64,000 nt of DNA from Vulcanimicrobiota bacterium (GCA_963833095.1 CAWHWQ010000001.1:544001-608000), one strand, 5' to 3'; positions 1 through 13,486 are shown, counted from the stretch's first letter. Notes: generated by a model from the sequence alone, not told the origin. Program-made: numbers and translations.

Positions 1-536
1 GCCGTCGAGCAGAGGATCAGATACTTCAGCGCCGATTCGCGCGCCGTCTTGCGATCGGCCAGTCCCGCACAGACAGTAGAGCGCGAGCGAGAGCAGCTCG
101 AGCCCGAGGAAGATCGTCATCAGGTTGGCGGCGCCGGCCATGAGCATCGCGCCGCAGCGCGCTCCACAGCATGAGCGCGGTCGTGCCGGCGACGCGATCG
201 CGCCGGCCCGATCGCGCCGTAGAGCATCGAGCGACCCGAGCAGCGCGATCAGGATGATCTCTTCGAAGACCGTCGTGAATCCGCCGGTCATGAAGCCGCC
301 GAAGAACGCGTTGTAGTCGTGGCCGTACTGCTGCGCGCGCGAGCACGCCCGCCGGCGATCGCGCCGGCCAACGCCGATGCACGATCGCAGACGTAGCGGT
401 TGACGCGGTCTTGCGGCGCGAGCAAGATCCGGCGAGCAGCACGACGCAGCGCGGCGACCGCGAGCACCGCGATCGGCAGCGACCGCGTTCCAATCGGCGC
501 TGCGTAAACGGAATCGTCATCGACGTCACTTGGCAT
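1..536 (-). CDS. nuoN: NADH-quinone oxidoreductase subunit N (5' part; frameshifted, runs off window)
   Basis: Follows nuoM; hydrophobic fragments such as ...GAMLMAGAANLMTIFLGLE recoverable across frames. Confidence 0.8.
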
Positions 537-1944
537 CGACCGCGTCAAGCGCCGAGCCATGATCGCGCGTGCGGCTGCACGCCGAGCAGAACCAGCGCGG
601 CCAGCAGCGGCGCGACCGCCAAGCCTTCGATCCAGGTGAGATCGCGGCGCACCGGCAAGATCGTCGACCTCGGGCCCGTTCATGACGCCTTGGAACAGCC
701 GCAGCATGTACGCCGCCGCGAGGACGATCGCGACCAGCGCGACGATCGCGGCCCACGTCGAAGCCGGCCTGATAGACGCCGGTGAGGATCACGATCTCGC
801 CGGCGAATCCGGCGAGGCCCGGCAACCCGAGCGCCGCGAGCGCCGCGATGCAGAGCGCGCCGGCGAGGCGCGGGTTGCTTCGCACCCAGGCCGCCGAGAC
901 GCGATGAGCGAGCGCGTCTCCTCGCGCTCTTCGACATAGCCGAGCATGAGGAAGAGCGCGGCCGAAAACAGTCCGTGCGCGACGATGTAGACGAGCGCGC
1001 CTTGCAGCGCGAGCGGATTGAACGAGGCGATCGCGATGAGGATCAGCCCAAGATGCGAGAGCGACGAGTACGCGACGATGCGCTTGGCATCGTTCTGCAT
1101 GAGCGCGATGACCGCGCCGTAGATCAGCGAGATCGCGCCGAGCACGACGATCAGCGGCGCCGGCAGTACTGCGCACGTAGTCCGGCAAGAACGCCAGCGC
1201 GATCGCGATGAATCCGTAGAGGCCGGCTTTGGACTGCACCGCGCTCGACGACCGCGACCATCGGCGGCGGCAGGTCCGCTGTAGGTCGGCGGCATCCACG
1301 TGTGCAGCGGCCAGACCGGCGTCTTCACCAAGAACGCGAACGCGAAGCCGGCAAAGATCCACGGCGCCCACGAGCCGACCAGATGCACGCCGGCTGCGCC
1401 CGATGACGTCGGTCGAACCGTAGATGACGCCGAACGCGGCGGTCGCAAGCAGCAGCGTCAGGCCGCCGGCGAAGTTGTAGATGAAGTAGCGCCACGCCGT
1501 CGACGCGATGTTCGCCCCAGCCGAGCAGCGCGAAGAAGACCGGCAGCAGCATCAGATCCCAGAACAGCGCGAACGACCAGCAGGTCGCGCGCCAGGAACA
1601 CGCCCAGCATCGCGCCTTCGAGCAAGAGCAGCAGCGCGATGAATCGCGCGTGCGCGCGGCACGTTGGTCGCCAGAATCGCGCACGAACGTGCAGAGCGCG
1701 AGCAGGAGCGCGAGCCAGAACGAAATCGGCGTCGCGCCGAAGTGGAACGCGGACTTCGAACGGACGCGAGAGCCAGCGGAACGCTCCACTCCTGCGTCGC
1801 GCCGCGACTAGCAGCATGACGAACGTTGCACGCGCAACGAGCGCTCCGACCGCCTTCGAGATCCGCCGGTCGTCCGCGCGGCAGCGCGAACAGACGCAGG
1901 CCCGGCGATCGATCGGGAGGAGGATCGTCGCGAGCGACGAGCAT
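526..1944 (-). CDS. nuoM: NADH-quinone oxidoreductase subunit M (frameshifted)
   Basis: FLVKTPVWPLHTWMP, KRIVAYSSLSHLG, AHGLFSAALF, LGLPGLAGFAGE fragments. Confidence 0.9.
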
Positions 1945-3955
1945 CTAGTGCGGTACCTCCGGCGACGATCGCGTAGTAGACGATGAAGCACGCCGCGCCG
2001 AACACCAGGATCAGCGCGTACGCGCGCACGAGACCGGTCTGGAACGATCGCGTCGAACGTCGCCGAGCCAGCTGCGCCGAGATCGCGCGACTTCGCGAAC
2101 CGCGCCGTCGATGACGTGCGGATCGAGACTCGGCCGAAGAGCGTGCCGAGCAGCTGCGCGCTGCGCACGAAGAGCAGGTCGAGCGCGGCATCGAAGTAGA
2201 ACGCGTTGCGTGAGGATCGCGCGGCATGCGCACCGATTCGTTGCGCAGCCGCTCGACGGCATCCGCCTGCGCGCCGTCGCGTCGCGTAGCGCATCCACGC
2301 GATCGCCGAATGCCGGCCAGCACGAGCACGAGCACGATGCCGCTGGTCGTCAGCCTTCGCGAGATCGTCGGTGACGAGCCAGTGCCGGATGCGGAACATT
2401 GCCGGCGAAGAACTTGCGCCCACGGCGAATGCTCGCCGCCGAACATCAGCCAGCCGAGCAGCACCGTCGGGACGATCAGGATCGCGACCGGCACGATCAT
2501 GAACCACGCGGCGCGCGTGATGCGTGCGACTCGTGCGTCGGCGTTCGCAGCGTCGCGGCGTTCCGGCGAGCTCCGGATGGCGAATACCGAGGTCGGACGG
2601 ATCGACGTCGCCGCGATACGTCGCCGAAGAACGTGACGAAGAGCAGGCGGAACATGTAGTACGCGGTGATGCCGGCGGTGAGGATGCCGACCGCATAGAG
2701 CCACGGATGGCCGTGCTGCGAGCGCGCCGTAGATCACTTGATCCTTACTGAAGAATCCGCTGAAGCCGGGGATGCCGCAGATCGAGAGCACGCCGGTGAG
2801 CATCGCCCAGAACGCGAACGGCAGCTTCTTGCGCAGGCCGCCCATCCGGCGCACGTCTTGTTCGTTGGCGAGCGCGTGGATGATGATGCCCGCCGCCAGG
2901 AAGAGCTGCGCCTTAAAGAACGCGTGCGTGAAGAAATGCGCGACGCCGCCTTCGTACGCGCCGACGCCGACGCCCATGATCATGTAGCCGATCTGCGACA
3001 TCGTCGAATAGGCGAGAATCCGTTTGATATCCCACTGCGCGCAGCCGAGGATCGCGCCGAGCAAGCGCGGTAGCGCCGCCGATCGTTCCGACCAGCACCT
3101 GCGCATCTCGGTTGCTGACTCCACAGCGGCGCGCAGCGCGCAATGAGATAGACGCCGGCCGTGACCATCGTCGCGGCGTGGATCAGCGCCGAGACCGGCG
3201 TCGGGCCTTCCATCGCGTCGGGCAGCCAGGTGTGCAGCGGGATCTGCGCCGACTTCGCCGCCGCGCCGATGAAGAGCCCGAGGCAGATGGCGAACAGCCA
3301 GCGGCGTGCCATACGAACCCGCGGCGGCGAAAGCATCGCCGAACCCGATCGAGTGCACCGACGTCGAAGATCAGCGAAGATCGCGAACATGATGCCGACG
3401 TCGCCGACGACGTTGATGACGAACGCTTTGCGCGCCGCCGCGACCGCCGACGGCTTGAAGAACCAGAAGCCGATCAGGAAGTACGACGCGAGGCCGACCA
3501 GCCCCCAGCCGACCAGCAGTCCGACGAAGTTGTCGGAGAGCACCAGCGTCAGCATCGCGAAGACGAAGAAATTCATGTACGCGAAGAACCGCGCGAAGGC
3601 GTTGTCGCCATCCATGTAGCCGATCGAGTAGACGTGGATCAAGAAGCCGACGCCGGTGATGATCAACGTCCAGAGCAGCGAGAGCGGATCGAACAGCAGG
3701 CCGAAGTCGAAGCCCGGGATCCAGCGAGAACAGCGCCTGATGCGCGCCGACAGATCCACGCCGCCGCTCGAAAGTGCTGCGTTCCATCGCGCCAGAGCCA
3801 TAGCGTTGCGACGAACGAGACGCCGATCAGCGCCGACGCGAGCCGGCCGGCCGCGCGCTTGAGCTGCGGCCCGAAGGCCCAGCAGAACGATCGCACCCGC
3901 AAGCGGCAAGCAGCCAGAGCGCGACGAGCAACGGATAGGATCCGTCGACTCCCAT
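1945..3955 (-). CDS. nuoL: NADH-quinone oxidoreductase subunit L (frameshifted)
   Basis: KSAQIPLHTWLPDAMEGPTPVSALIHAATMVTAGVYL; DIKRILAYSTMSQIGYM; THAFFKA. Confidence 0.93.
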
Positions 3956-3978
3956 GACGTGGTGCACCATGCGCTGCG

Positions 3979-4295
3979 CTACCCTTTCAAAGCGCGACTT
4001 CGTCGACGTCGACGATCTTGGCGCTGCGGAACACCGTCACCACGATCGCCAGGCCGATCGCGGCTTCGGCCGCGGCGACGGTAATCACCAGAAACGCGAA
4101 GATGTGTCCGGCGTTGTTCAGCCACGCGCGCGCGAACGCTCATGAAGAGCAGGTTCGCGGCGTTGAACATCAGCTCGATCGCACATCAGCATGATCAGCG
4201 GATTGCGCCGCAGCGACCACGCCGGCGACGCCGATGAAGAAGATCACCGCCGCGAGCGCGACGTAGTTCGCTAGCGGCACGGGCATCGCGCTCAT
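3979..4295 (-). CDS. nuoK: NADH-quinone oxidoreductase subunit K (frameshifted)
   Basis: [40 protein letters not shown]; operon position. Confidence 0.88.
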
Positions 4296-4909
4296 TGCTC
4301 GCCTCCGCGCAGGATCGCTTCGCGCATCTCGCGCTCGCACTTGCTCGGCGCGCTTCTTGCGTCGACAGATACGGCGTGTCTGATCGCCGGCCAGCAGCAC
4401 GACGCCGATCACCGCGACCATCAGGATCAGCGCCGTGATTTCGAACGGGCAGCAGGTGCACGGTGAACAGCGCGTTGCCGAAATCGGCGACGCTGACCGA
4501 AGACGTCGGCCGTGCCCGGCCGGGCCGAGCGTCGACGTACGGCGAGGTCGAAGGCGTCGCGACCGTCGTGTCGCGCCAGCGCCCAAGTCAAGAAACCCGA
4601 GCGCGATGAGCACCAGCGGCAATCGCCGGATACGCGATCTTCGGCAACCGGTCGGGTCCCTGTCGCAAACGGCGCGACGCCGCTGCTGAGAGCAGCGCGA
4701 TCACGAACACGAACAGGACAGGATCGCGCCCGAGTACACGATGATCTGCATCACCGCCAAGAACTCCGCGTTCAGCGTGAGGTACAGTCGCCGCGAGCGC
4801 GGCGAAATGCACCAGCAGCCCGACGACGCTATAGACCGGCTTCTTGGCCGTGACGGTCCAGATCGCGCTAGCGATAATGACCAGCGCCGAGCATCCAAAA
4901 CGCGATCAT
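4292..4909 (-). CDS. nuoJ: NADH-quinone oxidoreductase subunit J (frameshifted)
   Basis: LYLTLNAEFLAVMQIIVYSGAI; PFEITALILMVAVIGVVLLA. Confidence 0.88.
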
Positions 4910-5502
4910 CCGGCCAGACCCTCTGCGCTGCGTCTTGAGAATCTCGCCGCGATTCGTCGCGCGTAGCCCTCGGCGATGTCGGTCGTCGATTTCATATCGG
5001 CGACGCGGCCGAGATCGGCGGGAATGCCGCCCGGGCGCTCGTCCGGCGCGGCGCCGACGCCGGCTTCCGGCGGCACGAGCAGACGGTCTTTCGAATAGAT
5101 GAACGAGCCGCGGCGGTAGTCGGCCATCTCGAAGCGCGGCGTCAGCACGATCGCGTCGGTCGGGCACGCTTCTTCGCACATGCCGCAGAAGATGCAGCGC
5201 AGTTCGTCGATCTCGTAGCGCGCGGCGTAGCGTTCGCCCGGCGAGACCCGGTCGTCCGGCGCGTTTTCCGCGCCGATGACCGTGATCGCGTTGGCCGGGC
5301 ACGCGCTCGAGCACAGCTCGCAGCCGATGCAGCGTTCTTTGCCGTCGTCGTAGCGGCGCAGTTCGTGCAGGCCGTGAAAGCGCGGCGCGTGCTGCTTCTT
5401 CACCGACGGATATTCGATCGTCGGCCGTTTCGCGAACATGAACTTGAACGTGATGCCAAGCCCCTGCAGGATCGCCCCGACGTTGAAGAGATGTTTTCTC
5501 AT
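4906..5502 (-). CDS. nuoI: NADH-quinone oxidoreductase subunit I
   Basis: [12 protein letters not shown] and [16 protein letters not shown] 4Fe-4S motifs. Confidence 0.95.
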   Translation of the reverse strand: MRKHLFNVGAILQGLGITFKFMFAKRPTIEYPSVKKQHAPRFHGLHELRRYDDGKERCIGCELCSSACPANAITVIGAENAPDDRVSPGERYAARYEIDELRCIFCGMCEEACPTDAIVLTPRFEMADYRRGSFIYSKDRLLVPPEAGVGAAPDERPGGIPADLGRVADMKSTTDIAEGYARRIAARFSRRSAEGLAG

Positions 5503-6528
5503 TTGGGACACCCCCAATGGACTTTTCTGCTGCTAGCCACGAAATGCGACCAATGGCCGTCACGACCAGATTGAGCGTGGCCACCGGCAGCAGCACCTTC
5601 CAGCCGAACGCCATCAGGCGATCGTAGCGCAAGCGCGGCAGCGTCGCGCGCAGCCACATATAGAAGAACATGAACGCCCCGACCTTGAGCAGGAACCAGA
5701 CGATGCCGGGAACGGCATGCGTCAAGGCCGAACAGCGCGTTCCAGCCGCCGAAGAACAGCAGCGTCGCGATGCACGAGACGGTGAGCATGTTGACGTACT
5801 CGGCGATGAAGAACAGGCCGAACCGCAAGCCCGAGTACTCGGTGTGGAAGCCGGCGACCAGTTCGGTCTCGGCTTCGACCAAGTCGAACGGCGCGCGATT
5901 GGTTTCGGCGACCGCGGTAATGATGTAGATGATGAAGCCGACGATCTGCGGGACGACGAACCACCAGCGTCGCTTGCGCGTCGACGATGCCGTCGAGCGA
6001 GTCGTTCCGGCCAGGATCAGCACGCCGATCGAACGAGAGCGACATCGAGAGTTCGTAGCTGATCATCTGTGCGGTCGAGCGCACGCTGCCGAGCAGCGGA
6101 TACTTCGAACCCGAGGCCCAGCCGCCGAGCGAAATGCCGTAGACGCCGAGCGACGTGATCGCGAGCAAGAACAAGATGCCGGCGTTGACGTTGCCGATCG
6201 CCCACGTCCCGGCGGAGCTGCGCCGAACGGAATGACCGCGTAGACCGCAAACGCGGTCAGCAGCGAGATGAACGGCGCCAAACGGTAGATCAGCGGATCG
6301 GCCGTCTTGGGCGTGAGGTCTTCCTTGAGGATCAGCTTGGCCGCATCGGCTGCCGGCTGCATCAATCCCCACGGTCCGACGCGGTTCGGCCCCGGCCGCA
6401 GCTGCATCCAGCCCAGGATCTTGCGCTCGGCGAGCATCGCGTACGCGAACGTCGTGATCACGACCAGCAGCAGAATCGCGGACTTGATCAGGACGACAAC
6501 CCAAACGGGCATCGCGAGCGATAGTCAT
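5499..6528 (-). CDS. nuoH: NADH-quinone oxidoreductase subunit H (frameshifted)
   Basis: [61 protein letters not shown]. Confidence 0.95.
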
Positions 6529-8531
6529 GCCGTTTCCATCGTCATCCTAAGGTGCGCCGTAGGCGCCGCGAAGGGGCGTCACGCGTTCGTCGTGAGCCGC
6601 CGTTCCACCGCCGTCCCAGAGCGTGCGCGGCTCGAGCGGGTGGCCGCCCTCGGGATGGCGCGACGCACCGCTGTGATAGAGCGCGTCGCCGAACGTGCCG
6701 CGAAGGCACTCTGCGGCACGTGCAACCACCGCGGCGTCGAGTTCTTCGATCGTCGGCAACGTCAGATCGAACTGCTGCGCAAGCCCGACCAGCATCTCGA
6801 GATCGGAGAGCGGCCCGTCCGGCGCTCGAGCGAGGCGTTGACCGGCAAGCAGATCGCCCGTGAGATTCATGCGTCGTGCCGTTCTTTTCGAACGCGCCCT
6901 TCGCCGGCAAGCACGAGCGTCGCGAGCTGCGCCGTCTCGGTCATGAACAGATCGCTGACCACGACGAAGCTCGTGGCGCCCAGCGCTGCACGGACCGCCT
7001 CGGGTCGGCTGCGTTGCGCACCGGATTCACGCCGAAGAGCGAGAGCGCGGCGAGCTTTCCGCGCGCGCGCAACATCCGAGCATCAACGCCCCGTCGCATA
7101 CCGCCGTCGATCGGCAGCATGCCCATCGCCTCGGCGCCGCGCGCGTTGCCTTGTTCGCTCGTGATATACGTCGACCACGTTCCGGCTGCGAACGCTTCCA
7201 CGAGGGCCTTGCCCAAGCTCAAGGTCGACGCCGTCCCACACGAGCGCGACGCGCGCGTCCGATGCAATCCGCGCCGACGTCTCGGCAGCTTCGTTCGCCG
7301 TGCGACGTGATACGAGCTTCGCGCCGCTGCGCATGGCTTTGAGCGTGCGCAGCCACAAGCACCGGCGCGAGTTCCTCCGGCGAATCGCCGGCGATGACGA
7401 TCGCTTTGGCGCTCTCGAGCGCGACGAATCGTCCGCCGTTCTTGCCCGGGCGTCGCTTGACGCTGCGCGCCGCCGCGCCAGTCGAGATTGCGCACGCCGA
7501 TCGCGCGGAAGACGTGCTGCAGACAGATACGCTTCTTCGTTGTAAGACGGCCGCCGCCGATCGCGCCGGCGCTCTGCGCTCCGTGCTGCGCGCATCTTGA
7601 TCGCTTTCGCCCACAGCGCGAACGCATCGTCCCAGCCGATTTGCACGAAGTCGCCGTTCTTGCTTGTAGAGCGGCTGCGTGAGCCGCTCGGGCGATGCGT
7701 AGAAGCCGATATTGTAGCGGCCGCGATCGCACAGCCAGCCGTCGGAGATCGCGTCGTCGTGCTCGACCGACATCGTGCGCAGCACGTGCCGTAGCGCACG
7801 TCGCGAGAACTGCTGGCAGCCGACCGGACACTGCGTGCAGGTCGTCTGCGTGCGGTGCAGGTCCCACGGGCGCGACTTGAAGCGATAGGTCTTCGAGGTC
7901 AGCGCGCCGACCGGGCAGATCTCGGTGACGTTGCCGGTAAAGTTGATGCTGGTACGGCGTCGCCGGTCGCGGTCGCGATGATGTCGTGGCGCCGCGATCC
8001 TTGACGACGAGCTGATCGTTCGCCGGCGATGATGTCGTCGAAGCGCACGCAGCGCTGGCAGACGACGCAGCGCTCTTCGTCGAGCACGATCGTCGGGCCG
8101 AGATCGACGGCCTTGGGTTTGCGCGCTTCGGATCGGCGACGTCGGAGGTGCCGCGCGCCGTACGCCATCGCGTAATCTTGCAGATCGCACTCGCCGCCCT
8201 TGTCGCAGATCGGACAGTCCAGCGGATGATTGACGAGCAGCAGTTCGAGGATCATCGCCGCGGCCCGCATCGACGCTTCGCGTCTGCGTGTGCACGACCA
8301 TGCCGTCGGCGACCGGCGTATTGCAGGCGATCTGCAGCTTCGGCATCGCCTTCGATCTCGACCAAACACACGCGGCACAGTCCCGCCGGCCCGAGCTTGG
8401 GATGATAGCAGTAGACCGGGAATCTCTTGCTTGACCGTCTTCGCGGCTTCGACCAGCAGCGTGCCTTTGGGAACGTCGCACCGGCACGCCGTCGATGGTG
8501 AGGTTGACGAGCTGTTGCACGCTCAGGGCAT
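6525..8531 (-). CDS. nuoG: NADH-quinone oxidoreductase subunit G (frameshifted)
   Basis: [49 protein letters not shown]...WLCDRGR. Confidence 0.9.
6541..6576 (+). repeat. REP-like palindromic element (variant) at 3' end of nuoG
   Basis: GTCATCCTAAGGTGCGCC-GTA-GGCGCCGCGAAGGGG; same GTCATCC head and GTA-loop hairpin as the copy at 32171. Confidence 0.45.
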
Positions 8532-8533
8532 GC

Positions 8534-9804
8534 TCAGTGCATTCAGACGGTTTCCGTTCAAGAGACGCGAGCTTCGAATTGATCGCGGAAAGCGGTTGCA
8601 GCACCGACTTCAGGAACGGTTCGATCGAATCGCCGAGCGCGCACAGATTCAGGCCGGTGATATCGTGCCGCGACGCGCCGCATCATCTCGAGATCGCTTC
8701 GACGCCGCGTGCCTTCGACGAAGCGCCGAGACGCGTCTCGAGCCACTGCCGCCTTCGCGGCACGGCGTGCACTGTCCGCACGATTCGTGCGCGAAGAAAC
8801 GGATCAGATTGTACGCGCGCTTTACGAAATCGGTCGTGTCGTCGAAGACGACGAACGCGCCCGAGCCGAGCATCGAACCGGCCTTCGCCATGTCTCGTAA
8901 TCGTACGGCAAGTCGAGATGCTCTTCGAAGATGCACGCCGACGAACCGCCGCCCGGCTGCACCGCCATGAACGTGCGTCCCGGGCGCAAGCCGCCCGCGA
9001 TCTCGATCAGTTCGCGCGACCGTCGTGCCGAGCGGCGACTTCGTAGTTGCCGGGCTTCTGCACGTGCCCGGAGATCGAGACGATCTTGTAGCCCTTGCTG
9101 CGCTCGGTGCCGGCCGCGGCGAACCACTCCGCACCGCGTTCGAGAATCGGCACGAGATAGGCCAGCGTCTCGACGTTGTTCACGACCGTCGGCTCGCCGT
9201 AGAGACCCGCGATCGCCGGAAACGGCGGCTTGAGGCGCGGTTCGCCGCGCTTGCCTTCGAGCGAGTTGAGCAGCCCGGTCTCTTCGCCGCAGATGTACGC
9301 GCCGGCGCCGCGATGCACCGTCACTTCGAGATCGTAGCCCCTGCCGAACAGATTCTTGCCGACGAAGCCCGCCGCGCGCGCTTGCTCGAGCGCCTGCGCA
9401 AAAGATCTCGTAGCCGCGCTTGAACTCGCCGCGGATGTAGATGAACGCGTGATGGCACGCGATGCCGTACGCGCCGAGCAGAATGCCTTCGAGCACCAGA
9501 TGCGGCGTTTCTTCGAGCAGCATGTGATCTTTGAACGTGCCGGGCTCGGCTTCGTCGCAGTTGCACACGAGATAGCGCGGATGCTCGTCCTTCGGCAAGA
9601 ACGACCACTTGCGTCCGGTCGGGAATCCCGCGCCGCCGCGTCCGCGCAAGCCCGATTTGTCGGCACGCATCGAGCACGTCGGCCGGCGTGAGTTCGCGCA
9701 CCGCGCGTTCCCACTGCTTGTAGCCGCCGCGCTGAACGGTAGACGTCGATGTCGCGCAGATTGGCCTCGCCGATGCCGGCGGTCAGAACCTTAGTGACCG
9801 GCAT
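8534..9804 (-). CDS. nuoF: NADH-quinone oxidoreductase subunit F (frameshifted)
   Basis: [48 protein letters not shown]. Confidence 0.95.
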
Positions 9805-10578
9805 GTGACCGCTTCCTCACTGTTCGACGACTTCGACGATCGGCGCGCGCAGTCGCGCACGGCGCGCTCGCGCGTGCGCTCCGTAGAACGTCGATATCGT
9901 CGCGATTCACGATGCGGTCGAGCATGATCACGCCGCTGCGATCGCCGACGCCGCCCGCGTTGTTCGGGATTCGCGACGCCGACGCGCCCGGCGACTTTGT
10001 GCCGGTCGAAACTTCGCCGTCCTGCGCGAACGCTCCAGGTCGCCGGCGGTCTTCGGTCTGCGCCATCGGCTCGACGTCGTACGTGCCCGGCGCGCATCGC
10101 GGCCAGCATCTCGTCGATCATCGCGGGCGTGAGATCGTAGACGAACTCGAGGTTCACTTGCATGCACGTCGCGCGGTCGCAGGCCGCCAGACACTCGACT
10201 TCTTCGTAGGAAAACAGCCCGTCGGCGGTCGTTCCAGATGGCCGATGCCGAGCTTCTCGCGGAAGTACGCCATGATGTCTTCGGCGCTCGTTGATGCGTG
10301 CACGACAAGTCCGCGGCAGACCTGCAGCATATACTTCCCGACCGGCCGGCGGAAGAACAGCGTGTAGAACGAGACCGTCGACTCGACGACGGCCGGCGTC
10401 ACGTCGAGCAGCTCCGCAGACGCGCGCATCGCCTCGCGGCTGACGTAGCCTTCGTGCTGCTGAAACAGATGCATCAGCGGCAGCAGCGCCGAGCGCTTGT
10501 GCCTCGTACTGCGCGACGATCCGCTTCGCACTCGGGCTTCAGCCGCGCGCGACTAGCGCCGGGGAAATGTCTTCGCAT
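9791..10578 (-). CDS. nuoE: NADH-quinone oxidoreductase subunit E (frameshifted, C-terminal extension)
   Basis: [46 protein letters not shown]. Confidence 0.85.
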
Positions 10579-10591
10579 GACGCGTGCTCGC

Positions 10592-11822
10592 TCACCGGTC
10601 GACCTCGCCGAAGACCGGATCGAGCGAGCCGATCATCACGACCAAGTCGGCGATGAGGTTGCCGACGGCGCATGCCCTTGAGCACTTGCAGGTTGTACAT
10701 GCTGACGGCGGGCGCGTGCGCACGCGGTACGGGCGGTTGTCGCCGTTGCTGACGATGTAGTAGCCCAGCTCGCCGCGCGGCGACCTTCGATGGCTTGATA
10801 GACGTCGCCCGGCGGAACGCGGAAGCCTTCGCTGACGATCTTGAAGTGATGGATCAGCGCTTCCATCGAGAGCGCGATCGTCTCTTTCGGCGGCGCGACG
10901 AACTTCGGATCGTCGATCATCACCGGGCCCGGCGTGTCGAGACGCTTGCGCGCCTGCTCGATGATGCGCATCGACTGCGTCCATCTCGTCGAGCCGCACG
11001 AGGAAGCGCGCGTAGGCGTCGCCTTCGGTGCGCGTCGGGACGTCGAACTCGTACTGCTCGTAGCCGCTGTACGGAAAGGCTTTGCGCACGTCGTAGGCGA
11101 TGCCGCTGCCGCGCAGCGCCGGGCCGGTGACGTTCCACTGCGATCGCTTCTTCGGCGCGAGAGATGCCGACGTCGATCGTGCGGTCTTGGAAGATCGGAT
11201 TCGCCTGCAGCAGCCCGCGCAGCTCGCGCATGCGGCGCGGGAAACTTCGCGATCAGCGCGTCGAGCTGCGCGAGAAAGCCGTCCGGCAGATCGCCGTTGA
11301 GGCCGCCGATGCGCACGTAGTTCGGATGCATGCGCGCGCCGCCGGCGGCTTCTTGCAGATCGAGGATGTTCTCGCGCAGATCGAAGCAGATAGAAAAAGA
11401 CCGAGATCGCGCCGAGATCGATGCCGTGCGTGCCGAGCCAGACGCAATGCGACGCGATGCGCGTCAGCTCGGCGATCAGCACGCGGATGCTTGCGCGCGC
11501 TCGGGGATCTTGTCGGTGATGCCGAGCAGCTTCTCGACCGCCAGCGCGTAGCAGAGCGCGTTGGATTCCGGCGCGAGGTAGTCCATGCGCTCGATGACGG
11601 TCTGCGCCTGCGTCCAAAAGAGATTTTCGGCCGACTTCTCGATGCCGGTGTGCAGGTAGCCGATCTCGGGCTCGGCCTTGATCACGCTCTCGCCTTCGAT
11701 CTCGAGCATGATCTGCAGCACGCCGTGCGTCGACGGGTGCTGCGGCCCCATCGAAAGCACCATCGCGTTGCCTTCTTGCGAGACGATCTCCGGGCGTGAG
11801 CGGCGTCGTCGGACAGGCTCAC
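10592..11822 (-). CDS. nuoD: NADH-quinone oxidoreductase subunit D (frameshifted)
   Basis: [34 protein letters not shown]-terminus. Confidence 0.95.
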
Positions 11823-12429
11823 GTTGACGTCTCCTCGCGCGCGCGTCTTGACTTGCTCTTGCAGCGCTTCGAGCGTGCGGCCCGACGGCGGCGTGCCGGC
11901 TTGCACGTTGCTCTTGAGCGCGAACGACGGGCGCGGCGCGCGTTCGCGCGCGGGGCCGCGCAGCGGATAATCCTTGCGCAGCGGATGGCCTTCCCAATCG
12001 TAGGGCATCTGGATGCGCCGCAGATCGGGTGTCCGTCGAACACGATGCCGAAGAGATCGAAGACTTCGCGCTCGGCCCAATCGGCCGACTGCCACAGATC
12101 GATCGACCGTCGGCAGATGCGGCGGGTCGCCGGACGACGCCGCACAGCACGCGCACGCGCGCCGGCGTGCCGATCTCGTGCGGCGTCGCAGCTTCGGCGC
12201 GCAGCTTGAACAGATGATAGACGACGTCGAAGCGCGGCTCGCGCCCGAGATAGTCGACGCCGCCGAGATCGAGCAGCATCGCGAAGCCCGTCGCTTTGAG
12301 CGCTTCCAGACGCGCGCGCAAGCTGCGCCGGCTCGACGCGCTCGATCGATCGCGTCGTCGATGTCGCGGGCGAAGGCTCGTCGGATCGAGCGCGGTGCCG
12401 GCGATCGGCGGCGTTTGCGTGCTAGGCAT
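11819..12429 (-). CDS. nuoC: NADH-quinone oxidoreductase subunit C (frameshifted)
   Basis: [40 protein letters not shown]. Confidence 0.93.
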
Positions 12430-12443
12430 GGTTAGCTCCTAGG

Positions 12444-12924
12444 TCACGCGCGGGCGAGGATGCCGCCGCGGCCGCCTTCGCGGATCTGCTGCTGAATCAG
12501 ATTCACCGCGTAGAGCAGCCCGTCGGGCGTCGGCGGGCAGCCCGGAACGTAGACGTCGACCGGAACGATCGTGTCGACGCCTTGGACGACCGCGTAGTTA
12601 TCGAAGATGCCGCCGGAACTCGCGCACGCGCCCATCGAGATGACCCACTTCGGATCGGCCATTTGATCGTAGAGCCGCTTGACGACCGGCGCCATCTTCT
12701 GCGCGACGCGGCCCGGAGACGATCATCAGATCGGCTTGCCGCGGCGAACTGCGAAAGACTTCGGAGCCGAGGCGCGCGATGTCGTACTCGGACGACGTCA
12801 CGGTCATCATCTCGATCGCGCAGCACGCCAGGCCCATCGTCAGCGGCCACACCGACGAACTCTGCGCCCAGCGCGCCACGTCGTCGAGCCGCGCGAGCAG
12901 AAAGTGGCCGGGGCTTACCTCCAC
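12444..12924 (-). CDS. nuoB: NADH-quinone oxidoreductase subunit B (frameshifted)
   Basis: [33 protein letters not shown]. Confidence 0.95.
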
Positions 12925-13270
12925 GCGAATCCGCCCTTCTTCCACACGTAGGCATACCCGATCGCCGAGCACGATGATGAACACGACCATCTCGACCAGG
13001 CCGAAGACGCGCAGCGCGTGCATCTGCACCGCCCACGGATAAAACGATGCCGCTTCGACGTCGAAGATGACGAACAGCATCGCGATCAGATAGAAGCGCA
13101 CCGGAAAACGCCCGGCGACCGTCGGAGGTCGGCTCGACGCCGCATTCGTAGGCTTCGGCCTTTTCGGGATTCGGCTTGCGCCGGCCCAGCAGGCCCGGAA
13201 GAACGGTGAAGAGCAGCGCCGCGGCAAGCGCGACGCACAGGTAGATCGCTACCGGTCCGTACGGGTTCAT
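12915..13270 (-). CDS. nuoA: NADH-quinone oxidoreductase subunit A (frameshifted)
   Basis: [28 protein letters not shown]. Confidence 0.93.
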
Positions 13271-13273
13271 GGC

Positions 13274-13291
13274 TTGTGAAAGTTTTCACAA
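13274..13291. promoter_or_regulatory. Rex (NADH/NAD+ sensing repressor) operator
   Basis: Perfect TTGTGAA-AGTT-TTCACAA palindrome 3 nt upstream of the nuoA ATG. Confidence 0.85.
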
Positions 13292-13486
13292 AGTCACGAT
13301 GTTACCTGGGCAACGGATGAAAAAATACCCCGACAATCGGCGGTATTGGCTCAGCTTGGGCCATCCAATGGATCACTGCGAACCTCCCGAAGGCTCAGCC
13401 GTTCCCGCAAACGTATAGCTGCACAATGCGGCTAAGGTCCCAGCGAGGGACGCGCGTCCGCGAAGCGCGGGTACACTGGAGGTAGC

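Noticed and set aside
1..13270. nuo pseudogenes or programmed frameshifting
   Set aside because: Indels are scattered, motifs and the Rex site are intact, and no consistent slippery sites are seen; sequence error is more likely
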